Assembly: GCA_964590225.1 (NCBI GenBank)
Contig: CAZPWS010000003.1
Coordinates: 11,899-75,898 of the forward strand
DNA: 64,000 nt
Reading direction: 5' to 3'
Source of the DNA: an uncultured Fibrobacterota bacterium
Lineage (GTDB): Bacteria; Fibrobacterota; OXYB2-FULL-49-7; JAEUSG01
Shown here: one piece after another, positions 17,167-26,217 of the stretch
Position numbering within the stretch: position 1 is the first letter of the stretch
Layout of the letters: every line of letters starts with the position of its first letter
Notes under the pieces: model-generated
Seen by the model: only the letters and a program-made list of their open reading frames with translations
Told to the model about the DNA's origin: nothing
Databases searched by the model: none
Made by a program: the position numbers and the translations under genes

Positions 17167-18902
17167 AAACCTTTCTGAACATCACCAACAAGTTCGCAGT
17201 ATTAACACTAATAATGATTCTTTCAAAATGCAGTCAGGAAGGGCCACTTGCTGGCAACACTTCTGAAACTGGAAATGCTGCTGTAAAAGGAATTCTATAT
17301 ACCGAAAATGGACAACCAGCAGTCAATGCAGAGGTCAAACTTATAACATCAGACCATCGGCCAGGGCCAAACCTTGCTAAAACAGAAGCAGTTGTAACAA
17401 CAACATACACCAACGCTCAAGGCGTTTATGAATTTAGCAGTATGCCAAGAAATTTTTATAATGTCCTTTGTAAAAGTAATGGTGCTAATGCTTTTATAGA
17501 TTCAATCTATTTGCAGCCAAATCAAATAACAGAGGTTGAAAATAAAACACTCAAATCGCCAGGATCATTACACGGCGTAGTTCGTCTTCAGCCAGGAGAC
17601 GATAACCGAAGTGTTCTTATTATTCTTTTTGGAACAGATTTCTTTACTACCACTGTTGATACTTCGGGCAAATTTAACATTACTCACATTGCAGAAGGTA
17701 GATACAATGCAATGATCTATGTTCTGAATACTGCTGGTGTATATGAACCATTTGACACTGTTTTTACTATACGCTCAGGGAAAACAGACACTCTTGGAGC
17801 AATAATATATCCTAATCTTACAAGTATTCCTGTTGTTACCGGATTTACATCTGAATATGATGATGTTAGGCAGGTTGTTACTTTGAGGTGGAATAAACCT
17901 ATAAACGGTGAAGTGGCGGGATATGATATATACCGAATGCATCAGGATTCGGCTTTCAAGAAAATTAACATCGTTACTTTGACGGATACTCAGTATGAGG
18001 ATGGCATAAATAGCATACTCATGCCTGAATATACCTATAGCTATAAAGTAGTTGGTGTTGATAAGGATGGAAACGAAGGAAACAAAAGCATAACAACAAA
18101 CCAAACAATAAGGCAGGCATTTTCAATTGCTGACACAATCATTATGTCGGGTTCGGGTATAAAAGTAATGTGTGCGAATGATAAAGGTGATTTATTCGCC
18201 CTTAAAGAAAATGGAGATGTGGAAGTTTATAATAGCAATTTCACGAAAATTGGCAGCTTCAACATTGCTACAATTTTGCCAAATTATTATGACATCTATA
18301 CTGTCAATGATGGAAAAATATATTTTCCATCTGGAAACAGCGATACTCGCATGATAGATTCGTTAGCTGGAGACTCATCTTTACCATACGGCATATTACG
18401 ATTTGATTATAACGGTAATCTTGAAGAAACAATACCTATAAATCATCCTATGCAGCCAGGCGACGAATTCCTTAAGTACAACAATAACTATTACTTTGGT
18501 AAGTTTCACAACATATTTTATTCGCCAACGACTGAACCATTTACAATAGATTCATTTGAATGTCCCAAAAGAAACAACTATAGTCTAACACAACTAATTG
18601 GGATCAATAACGATAAGTTAATTTTTGCTGACTATGGTGAATTCTTCATTACAAATACTGATGGCGCTCTTGTTTCTAACATAAAATTACCGCCACATAC
18701 ATATCCACGAGGTATTTGGAATGGCATTATAATTTCTCAGAACTTATCAGGCACGGTATATGATGGCTACACAATAAAAGGTGAACTTGTATTCAGATGC
18801 ATTGTTGAACCACTTGGTATGTGGGCTCATCCTATATCATATTTTGATGAACAATTGATACTTTTGTGTGCTGATGGTAGTGTGATAAAAATTTCCAAGT
18901 AA
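17163..18902 (+). CDS. lipoprotein with carboxypeptidase-regulatory-like (Ig-like) and fibronectin-III-like domains
   Basis: Signal peptide with a Cys (LTLIMILSKC). Two segments of the pattern G-x-V...G-x-P...A-x-V. The Fn3-like stretch (LRWNKPINGEVAGYDIYR). Translationally coupled to the TIGR02147-like gene. Confidence 0.4.
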   Translation: MKTFLNITNKFAVLTLIMILSKCSQEGPLAGNTSETGNAAVKGILYTENGQPAVNAEVKLITSDHRPGPNLAKTEAVVTTTYTNAQGVYEFSSMPRNFYNVLCKSNGANAFIDSIYLQPNQITEVENKTLKSPGSLHGVVRLQPGDDNRSVLIILFGTDFFTTTVDTSGKFNITHIAEGRYNAMIYVLNTAGVYEPFDTVFTIRSGKTDTLGAIIYPNLTSIPVVTGFTSEYDDVRQVVTLRWNKPINGEVAGYDIYRMHQDSAFKKINIVTLTDTQYEDGINSILMPEYTYSYKVVGVDKDGNEGNKSITTNQTIRQAFSIADTIIMSGSGIKVMCANDKGDLFALKENGDVEVYNSNFTKIGSFNIATILPNYYDIYTVNDGKIYFPSGNSDTRMIDSLAGDSSLPYGILRFDYNGNLEETIPINHPMQPGDEFLKYNNNYYFGKFHNIFYSPTTEPFTIDSFECPKRNNYSLTQLIGINNDKLIFADYGEFFITNTDGALVSNIKLPPHTYPRGIWNGIIISQNLSGTVYDGYTIKGELVFRCIVEPLGMWAHPISYFDEQLILLCADGSVIKISK

Positions 18903-19088
18903 AATTACTAAATGGCGATTTGAGTCCTTGCGATAGCTTTTGGTGCCTGTTAAGCTTCAGCTTATACAGGCGCACTTATTTCAGCCGGCTGATTTGAAAA
19001 TTGTTGTTTTTAAGAGAATTACCATGGTATAATTGATTGAAGCTGGCGATACGGAGATCGGAGAATACTGGAATTGACTCTTAGTTAA

Positions 19089-19277
19089 ATAAATATTGAC
19101 CATCCAGAAAATCAATCTGCCTTTCTGTGGGGACCCCGTAAGTCTGGCAAATCAACATTTTTAAAGACTGCTTTTCCAGATAGTCATTGGTTTGATTTTT
19201 TTAAAACAAAACTAAACATACCCATTTACCGTATAAATATAGTCAGTAATTTGACTCGGGTTTATACACTAACCACC
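19089..19277 (+). pseudogene. 5' fragment of a P-loop AAA ATPase gene (AAA_14/DUF4143-like), truncated
   Basis: The translation INIDHPENQSAFLWGPRKSGKSTFLKTAFPDSHWFDFF contains a Walker A motif (GPRKSGKST) in the context typical of AAA_14 ATPase N-termini. No start codon. It runs into the repeat and stops. Confidence 0.4.
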
Positions 19278-19478
19278 AGCCGGTATTCTATATGGGGCTT
19301 AAAAGTGATATCCCTTTTGGGCTTAGCGAGGATTCGTTTTATTTCGATTTTGCCAATTTGCTCCGGCAATACAAATCCATAGATGTCAATGGATAATTTA
19401 CGGGCCGGCAATATTGTCTCAAAACCTTGTTTCTGCTTTATAATTTGTTGGATACAGGAGAAGAAAAAGAAGCCTTTC
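19277..19478. repeat. direct repeat copy B (partner of 13654..13878); overlaps the 3' end of holA
   Basis: tatatggggcttaaaagtgatatcccttttgggcttagcgaggattc...gatacaggagaagaaaaagaagcctttc. It lacks the 35 nt hairpin segment present in copy A. Confidence 0.7.
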
Positions 19479-20528
19479 CATGCTTGGCAGGGAATGGTTA
19501 AAAGAGCCGTTTGATTTTAGATCCCAATCGGCGGTTGTTAGAAGGTTAACGCAGTATTTCAGGTTCGCAATTGAATAATTCGACAGCTGAGAAAGTACCT
19601 TCGGAAGAAAGATATATCGATATACACTTTTGGGTGTCATTAACTTTTCGCCGCTGAAACCGGACTCGTTTGCCGCTTTTGCCATTAGCGCGCCAAAAGC
19701 ATCTTTTGTTTTTATTCGGCCATTTGCCAGTTTTTGGGCTTCGGTGAACTTTCCTTCGTTGCTGGCAAACCATAGTTTTAGCATAAGTAGCTTTACAAAT
19801 GAATCGAAGAGTGCCGAAACAATTTGAATTGAGTGAACATTGTAGGCAAATAGGTTATGCAGTATTGAAAGCGAAGTTCCGCTCTCTCCCCGTAAAAGAG
19901 GGGGGGGTAAATCCCACGGTTTGCATGCTCTTGACAGTGTAGTGTATTCATTTACTGCACTTTCAGAAATTTCCTGTCGTGGAGGAAGAACAATGTCGAT
20001 TTTGGTCAATTCCGACACGATGGTATGTAATTCGTTACCTACCCGTTCAAACAGTATGTTTGCCGCTCTATTGCTGATTTTTCTGCCAAACCTTGTAAGC
20101 GTTTCTTGTACAATCCATTCAGAAATTTCGTAATCTTGCGGAACTGGAAAATATTCAACTGCAATGTGTGTAGGCGGCTTTGAAATAAGTTTCTTGAAAG
20201 GATGTTTTTCGGCCACTTTTCCGCCGATTGTTTTACCTTCAAGTAAAAGTATAGATGAGGAGCTTTCCTGAAGCATATATGGGACAAGGTCTTCAAGTGT
20301 GTCGGATTTCAGAGTGTCACAGCCACGGACAAGTATAGTAGTTTTTTCTCCAAATAAGGAGCCCGCCCCAAGCTTTTCTCCTATGTCTGAAGCTAAAATG
20401 TCAGAAGCATGATACACCTCTATAGAACTTCCTTTTGCACTCGAAGGGGGTTCTTTCTTTAGAATGGCCTTTATTCGGTCTTCTTTATTGGGCGTGTGTC
20501 CACCTATCAGTATGTGTATTGTTGTCAT
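19419..20528 (-). CDS. holA: DNA polymerase III delta subunit
   Basis: Pattern ...SLFGEKTTILVRGCDTLKSDTLEDLVPYML...ILLLEG...WIVQETLTRFGRKISNRAANILFERVGNELHTIVSELTKIDIV fits the HolA family. 369 aa. Confidence 0.55.
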   Translation of the reverse strand: MTTIHILIGGHTPNKEDRIKAILKKEPPSSAKGSSIEVYHASDILASDIGEKLGAGSLFGEKTTILVRGCDTLKSDTLEDLVPYMLQESSSSILLLEGKTIGGKVAEKHPFKKLISKPPTHIAVEYFPVPQDYEISEWIVQETLTRFGRKISNRAANILFERVGNELHTIVSELTKIDIVLPPRQEISESAVNEYTTLSRACKPWDLPPPLLRGESGTSLSILHNLFAYNVHSIQIVSALFDSFVKLLMLKLWFASNEGKFTEAQKLANGRIKTKDAFGALMAKAANESGFSGEKLMTPKSVYRYIFLPKVLSQLSNYSIANLKYCVNLLTTADWDLKSNGSFNHSLPSMERLLFLLLYPTNYKAETRF

Positions 20529-20628
20529 GTTTTAGGAAAGATAAACCATGTTAAAGGTAAAAAACTATGTGATTTGCTCTTGTAAAAAAATAGTTGCGAA
20601 AAAAAAGAAATGATGCTATATTTGCATC

Positions 20629-22896
20629 ATGAGGGTGGAGGAATCCAGTTTAGTTCGTTCGCTTAAAACAGAAACTATAAAATGTGATCTATGTGTAACA
20701 GGTGGCGGTATTGCAGGTGTTGCATGTGCTGTTACTGCCGCAAGAGCTGGAATTGCGACAGCTCTGATTCAGGATCGTCCTGTGCTTGGTGGTAATGCCA
20801 GTAGTGAAATAAGGGTGTGGATAAGTGGCGCTACTGCCCATATGGGAAGCAATAACCGCTGGTCGAGAGAGGGCGGATTAATCAATGAACTGCTTCTCGA
20901 AAATTGTTACAAAAATAAGGGGGGGAATCCGGTTGTCTTTGATTCAATTTTATTAGATAAAGTTTTGCGAGAAGAAAAGATAACTCTTCTATTGAATACT
21001 GCCGTATTTGAGGTTGTAAAGAGTGATGCCAAAACAATATCGTCGGTAAAGGCATTCTGTCCGCAGAATAGTACCATGTATTTGATCTCTGCTCCGCTTT
21101 TTTGTGATGCTTCGGGAGATGGAATAGTTGGCTATCTCTCAGGTGCCGCTTATAGAATTGGTGCCGAAGATACCAGCGAGTTTAACGAAACTATGGCACC
21201 CGACGATTCTTTTGGTAGGCTGCTTGGTCAAAGTCTTTATTTTAATACAAAAAAAGCAAATGCTTCTGTGGATTATTATCCTCCCTCTTTTGCACATTTA
21301 TGCGATGAAATTGAAAATATACCGAGACATAAACAATTAAATCCTTCTGCGGAGGGCTGTCATCTCTGGTGGCTCGAATATGGAGGACGACTTGATCCTG
21401 TTCACGATACTGAGAAAATAAAAAGAGAATTATGGAAGATTTCTTACGGAGTTTATAACTATTATAAGAATTCAAAAAGGTTCTTGAATACAGAGAACAG
21501 GCAACTTGAGTGGATGGGAGCAATTACGGGTAAAAGAGAAAGCAGAAGGTTTGAGGGTGACTATATTCTTTCGCAGAATGATCTATTAACGCAAAAGGAG
21601 CATTGTGATGCTGTAAGCTATGGCGGATGGTCCATAGACCTCCATCCGGCAGATGGCATATACGACAAGAACGCAGGCTCGATTCACGGTTATATAAGTG
21701 GTATTTATCAAATACCTTTTCGCACTATGTATAGTCGCAATATTAACAATCTTTTCCTCGCGGGAAGGTTGATAAGCGCTTCGCATGTGGCGTTTGGCAG
21801 CACCAGGGTTATGGCTACCTGCGCTCACTCAGCTCAAGCAGTGGGAACCGCTGCTGCAATTTGTGTCAAGAAACAAATTGTTCCGCGAGACCTAATTGGG
21901 AACGATTATATCGCAGAATTGCAAAGAGAGCTCATAAAAAGCGGGCAATATATTCCCGGATATAAGTTTGTTGATAAATTAGACATGGTCGCGACGGCAC
22001 GCCTATCAGCGAGCAGCTCTCTGGCGACTATTTCGTTTCCTGACAGCAATAAGCTTGTTGCACTTTGTACGCCGCTTGCGCAACTTGTTCCAGCGACTAT
22101 GGGCTGTGTTCCACAGGCAACATTTATTGCGGATGTCGAGCAGCCGACGAAGTTGGAGATAGAAATAAGAATTAGTAAAAAAAGAATCAATTTTACTCCG
22201 GCAATCACCCTTGCAAGAAAGGAACTTATCCTTGAGAAAGGTAAGAATATTCCGATTGTGTTTGATTTTCCAGTTATCTTAAATGAGTCGCAATATTTAT
22301 TTTATTGCTTCGGAAAAAATGATTTAATAAGTTTGCACGCAACGGAAAAAAGGATTACGGGGGTCTTGACTGTGAGATATAATGGAACAGAGTCGCATAT
22401 GTGCTTGCTTGGTTTTCCCGATGTGGAAATGTGGGTGCCGGAGAGAAGACCCGATGGATTTAATCTTGCTGGTTTTATAGGCTGCGATTCGTCTCTATTT
22501 TCTGTAAATAACATTACAAATGGGATAAATAGACCGCTTATAACACCCAATGCTTGGGTTGCTGCTCTTGATGATGTTTTACCATGGGTAAAGCTTGAGT
22601 GGAATATGGCGCAAAAAATACGCAGAGTTCAAATTGAGTTTGATAGCGATTACGACCATTCGCTGGAATCCGTTAACTGGGAACATAGCGATTCCGCTAT
22701 GCCATTTTGTGTAAAAAGTTTTATTATTGTTGACGAGAGAGGGTGCGAGCTATATAAAAACGATGGCAATTATCAGGGACTACTGGATATTGTATTGGAT
22801 CGGCCGGTAGTTGCGCGGAGTTTGACTATTAAAATATTGGAAATATGGGGAAACGCTCCAGCGGCAATTTTCGCGATTCGTTGCTATTCAGAGTAG
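20629..22896 (+). CDS. FAD-dependent oxidoreductase (FAD_oxidored/pfam12831-like) with long C-terminal extension
   Basis: N-terminal dinucleotide-binding motif CDLCVTGGGIAGVACAVTAARAGIATALIQDRPVLGGNASSE. 755 aa. Confidence 0.6.
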   Translation: MRVEESSLVRSLKTETIKCDLCVTGGGIAGVACAVTAARAGIATALIQDRPVLGGNASSEIRVWISGATAHMGSNNRWSREGGLINELLLENCYKNKGGNPVVFDSILLDKVLREEKITLLLNTAVFEVVKSDAKTISSVKAFCPQNSTMYLISAPLFCDASGDGIVGYLSGAAYRIGAEDTSEFNETMAPDDSFGRLLGQSLYFNTKKANASVDYYPPSFAHLCDEIENIPRHKQLNPSAEGCHLWWLEYGGRLDPVHDTEKIKRELWKISYGVYNYYKNSKRFLNTENRQLEWMGAITGKRESRRFEGDYILSQNDLLTQKEHCDAVSYGGWSIDLHPADGIYDKNAGSIHGYISGIYQIPFRTMYSRNINNLFLAGRLISASHVAFGSTRVMATCAHSAQAVGTAAAICVKKQIVPRDLIGNDYIAELQRELIKSGQYIPGYKFVDKLDMVATARLSASSSLATISFPDSNKLVALCTPLAQLVPATMGCVPQATFIADVEQPTKLEIEIRISKKRINFTPAITLARKELILEKGKNIPIVFDFPVILNESQYLFYCFGKNDLISLHATEKRITGVLTVRYNGTESHMCLLGFPDVEMWVPERRPDGFNLAGFIGCDSSLFSVNNITNGINRPLITPNAWVAALDDVLPWVKLEWNMAQKIRRVQIEFDSDYDHSLESVNWEHSDSAMPFCVKSFIIVDERGCELYKNDGNYQGLLDIVLDRPVVARSLTIKILEIWGNAPAAIFAIRCYSE

Positions 22897-22916
22897 TTTG
22901 AATTAAGGAGGAGATC

Positions 22917-24056
22917 GTGATAACTGTAAATAGCAATTTTCCAGGCGGTAATATTATTCTTGAGTCTGTAGATGGAGATACCGTTTATCTCCATCAGGAT
23001 CTTCGTGATACGGTTGAAGATTGGTTTTACTGGTATTTTTCTGTAAATAACGCTCAGGATAGACTCGTCAGATTTGTTTTTACAAAAAGCCAAGCAATTG
23101 GCGTAAGGGGTCCTGCAGTGTCCTTGGATAAGGGGCAAACATGGCGCTGGCTTGGAAAAGATGTAGGCTCGGGCAACAGTTTTTCCTATCGGTTTTGCCC
23201 AACAGATAACGAAGTCAGATTTTCATTTGGCATGCCCTATCTCGAATCTAATTGGAATAGTTTTTTTGGTTCACAGCTTGCTGATTCGTCATTAATAAAA
23301 AAAAGTGTTCTATGTACTACACCAAAGGGGCGCGAGGTAGAGTTGCTTACCATATCTAATCCCTCAAAGCCTTTAAAATGGAGGGTCTTAATAACATGTC
23401 GACACCACGCGTGCGAGATGATGGCGAGCTATTCACTTGAAGGTTTAATTAGCTATATAGTCAAGAGTAAGACGGAAGATGCGATGTGGCTGAGGGAAAA
23501 TATTGAATTTGTTATAATCCCTTTTATGGACAAAGATGGCGTTGAAGATGGAGATCAGGGAAAATCTCGCAGCCCCCACGACCATAATCGGGATTATATA
23601 AAGCATGGAATTCATTCGTCGGTTCAGTCACTAATGAAAAAAACCGATTTATGGATTGACAATAAGTTGGTAGCCGCTATCGATCTGCACTGTCCCTGGA
23701 TAAAAGGGTGGCATAACGAGGATATATATCTTGTAGGAAGTCAAGATGATGTAATGGCTCAGCGGCAAAAGGTGTTCTCCAGAATAATTGAGCAGTCTGT
23801 GAAAGGGGAACTTCCCTTTAATGCGTCCAATTTTCTTCCTTTTGGCAAAGAATGGAATACAACAATCCCTTCTGAAACAAGAGCCTGTTTTCACCATTGG
23901 GCCGAAACGATATCAGGCATAAAAATGGTTACTTCTATGGAAATTCCATACGCAAATGCTGGCGGCAAAGAGGTTAATGCAGAATCGGCTAGTAGCTTTG
24001 GTACTGATCTTGCCGCATCAATATATGCTTATCTTAAAGAGATGGAGCGGTTATGA
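22917..24056 (+). CDS. M14-like zinc peptidase/deacylase fold protein
   Basis: H-x-x-E (RHHACEM) followed by an N-R-D motif (PHDHNRDY) and a later DLH. Spacing is compatible with M14 zinc ligands and the substrate-binding NR. Confidence 0.4.
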   Translation: MITVNSNFPGGNIILESVDGDTVYLHQDLRDTVEDWFYWYFSVNNAQDRLVRFVFTKSQAIGVRGPAVSLDKGQTWRWLGKDVGSGNSFSYRFCPTDNEVRFSFGMPYLESNWNSFFGSQLADSSLIKKSVLCTTPKGREVELLTISNPSKPLKWRVLITCRHHACEMMASYSLEGLISYIVKSKTEDAMWLRENIEFVIIPFMDKDGVEDGDQGKSRSPHDHNRDYIKHGIHSSVQSLMKKTDLWIDNKLVAAIDLHCPWIKGWHNEDIYLVGSQDDVMAQRQKVFSRIIEQSVKGELPFNASNFLPFGKEWNTTIPSETRACFHHWAETISGIKMVTSMEIPYANAGGKEVNAESASSFGTDLAASIYAYLKEMERL

Positions 24057-25354
24057 AAATAAAAACAGTTACAGAACCTGAAAGAAAAATACCAATAAAG
24101 GGCGAATTTGATGTACTTGTTGTAGGAGCTGGTCCTGCTGGATTTAGTACTGCTTTATCTGCTGCAAAAATGGGAGCTAAAGTAGCTATTGTGGAACAAT
24201 CCGGTGTTATTGGCGGAATAGCAACCGCTGGTTTAATGAGCCATTGGGGAGGCAGTGCCGACTCTTCAATTTTGAGAGAACTGCTTTTAAGAGTAAATAA
24301 ACCATGGCCGGAAGAACAGCTATATTGTGAGAGTGTGATATCGCACGGGAAGCTTGGGATAGTTATGAAGGAAATGCTCCTCGAACATGGTGTTGAGGTT
24401 TTCCTTTATACTTTTGCCGCGGATGCCATAATGTCAAATAATAAGATTATAGGAGTGGCAATAGAAAATAAAAGTGGGCGGCAGGCACTTCTTTCTAAGG
24501 TCATTGTAGATGCTTCCGGGGACGGGGACATCGCAGCTAAGGCTGGAGCAGAATTCACAAAAGGGCGTGAAGGTGACAATAAAATGCAGCCTGTAACTTT
24601 GATGTTTAGCATCGGAGGCGTGGATGAAAAATGTGCTCTGTATCCCGGCTCGTTCGAATCTAATCTTGATACTCCACGGGGAAAAATTCAAGACCTCGCA
24701 AGTAAACATCTGCCCCGTCCGGCCGGACATGCTCTTCTTTATAGATCTGCACTTCCTGGAGTTGCTGTTGTAAATATGACAAATGTAACCGGTATGGATG
24801 GAACTAATACCGATGATCTGGTCAGGGCAGATACCATTTGCAGAAGTCAGATTTTGCCGATACTGAATTTTATACGGGAGTTTGTGCCAGGCTATTCCCA
24901 TTCCTTTTTACTCTCGATAGCTTCGTTTATTGGTGTTCGTGAGACACGACATTTTATTGGGGAATATACGCTTAATGAAAATGACATATTGAACTCCCGT
25001 ACCTTTGACGATTGGATTGTTGTAAATGCACAATTTAACTTCGATATACACAATGTTGACGGGCCCGGTCTTGATAAGAACGGCGCACAGCATAATTTTC
25101 CAAAAATCAATGGATATAGTATCCCATATCGCTCTTTTGTTCCAAAGACAGTTGATGGCCTTTTGCTTGCCGGCAGAAATATTTCAGGTACTCATAAAGC
25201 GCATTCGAATTATAGGGTAATGACGATTTGTGCTGCCATGGGTGAAGGTGTCGGTATAGCTGCTGCTATGGCCTCTATGGAGCAAATTGAGCCAAGGTAT
25301 ATCAATGTAGCTTCTGTACAGAGTGTACTTAAAAAGAGAGGCATTGCTCAGTGA
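24053..25354 (+). CDS. FAD-dependent oxidoreductase (FAD_oxidored-like)
   Basis: DVLVVGAGPAGFSTALSAAKMGAKVAIVEQSGVIGGIATAG is a Rossmann GxGxxG motif. 4 nt overlap with the upstream gene. Confidence 0.6.
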   Translation: MKIKTVTEPERKIPIKGEFDVLVVGAGPAGFSTALSAAKMGAKVAIVEQSGVIGGIATAGLMSHWGGSADSSILRELLLRVNKPWPEEQLYCESVISHGKLGIVMKEMLLEHGVEVFLYTFAADAIMSNNKIIGVAIENKSGRQALLSKVIVDASGDGDIAAKAGAEFTKGREGDNKMQPVTLMFSIGGVDEKCALYPGSFESNLDTPRGKIQDLASKHLPRPAGHALLYRSALPGVAVVNMTNVTGMDGTNTDDLVRADTICRSQILPILNFIREFVPGYSHSFLLSIASFIGVRETRHFIGEYTLNENDILNSRTFDDWIVVNAQFNFDIHNVDGPGLDKNGAQHNFPKINGYSIPYRSFVPKTVDGLLLAGRNISGTHKAHSNYRVMTICAAMGEGVGIAAAMASMEQIEPRYINVASVQSVLKKRGIAQ

Positions 25355-26217
25355 ATACCTATACGGCAAGCGACTGGATTAGGGATCGCAACTTTCCTTT
25401 CATGATTAATACAACAAGACACAGTGTTAGTCATGAGATACACAAACATGAATTTTTTGAGTTTTTCTTTGTAACGGAAGGGCGCTGCCGCCATATTATT
25501 GACGATGCTAAACAGACTATTGCTGATGGCGATCTCATTCTTATTAAGCCTGGGCATAGTCATGGATTTGAGCCATTCATGGACGAGAAATTTGAAATTA
25601 TCCAGGTACTTTTCTTGCCTTCTATGTTAAATATTAGCCCATTACATTACAGTAAATCTAACCGGCTAGTAGAACTTTTCTGGTTGCAACCATTCGCAAA
25701 CAACGGGTGTGAACGGCTCCGTTTTGTAGGTGATATTGGTGTTAAATTAAAGTTATTGCTAAATGAAATGCTTGTGGAATTCACCAATAAGGCTGAATGC
25801 TTTGAAATGGCAATAGAAGCAAAGCTGCTCGATTTTATGCTTACAATAGCAAGAAATTTCGATAAAGGGTTGATGTCGGAAAAAAAGAATGCTCCATTTT
25901 CACACTCTGCGAAAGCTATCTCGAAGTCACTTGCCTATATTCATAACAATTTTCGGCAAACAATAGAACTTGAAGAATTGGCAAAAAAGGCCGGAATAAC
26001 AAAGGAGTATTTCTGTTCGCTTTTTAAGCGAATGACCAATACCTCGCTCACTGATTATATCAACCATCTTAGAATTGCTGAAGCAAAACGGTTGCTCTTA
26101 TATAGCAAGTTAAGTATAACGGATATCTGTTACGAATCGGGTTTTAATGATTTAAGTTATTTTTCGCGACTGTTTAAGGCAATGACCAATATGTCGCCTA
26201 AAAAATATAGGGGTTAA
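25351..26217 (+). CDS. AraC family transcriptional regulator (cupin + HTH)
   Basis: C-terminus ...ELAKKAGITKEYFCSLFKRMTNTSLTDYINHLRIAEAKRLLLYSKLSITDICYESGFNDLSYFSRLFKAMTNMSPKKYR. Overlaps the upstream gene by 4 nt. Confidence 0.7.
   Translation: MNTYTASDWIRDRNFPFMINTTRHSVSHEIHKHEFFEFFFVTEGRCRHIIDDAKQTIADGDLILIKPGHSHGFEPFMDEKFEIIQVLFLPSMLNISPLHYSKSNRLVELFWLQPFANNGCERLRFVGDIGVKLKLLLNEMLVEFTNKAECFEMAIEAKLLDFMLTIARNFDKGLMSEKKNAPFSHSAKAISKSLAYIHNNFRQTIELEELAKKAGITKEYFCSLFKRMTNTSLTDYINHLRIAEAKRLLLYSKLSITDICYESGFNDLSYFSRLFKAMTNMSPKKYRG

Noticed and set aside
13654-19478. Interpretation of the about 200 bp direct repeats as an insertion sequence or MITE pair
   Set aside because: The repeats have no terminal inverted repeats and no transposase. 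Their sequence is simply the 3' coding ends and intergenic spacer of the two flanking genes, so they are a duplicated target or attachment region, not a mobile repeat family.
19900-19907. G8 homopolymer (C8 on the coding strand) that might suggest a phase-variable contingency locus
   Set aside because: It lies inside holA and encodes a PPP tripeptide in frame. An essential replication gene is not expected to be phase-variable. Similar G7 runs at about 11703 and about 13456 also read through cleanly as Gly codons.
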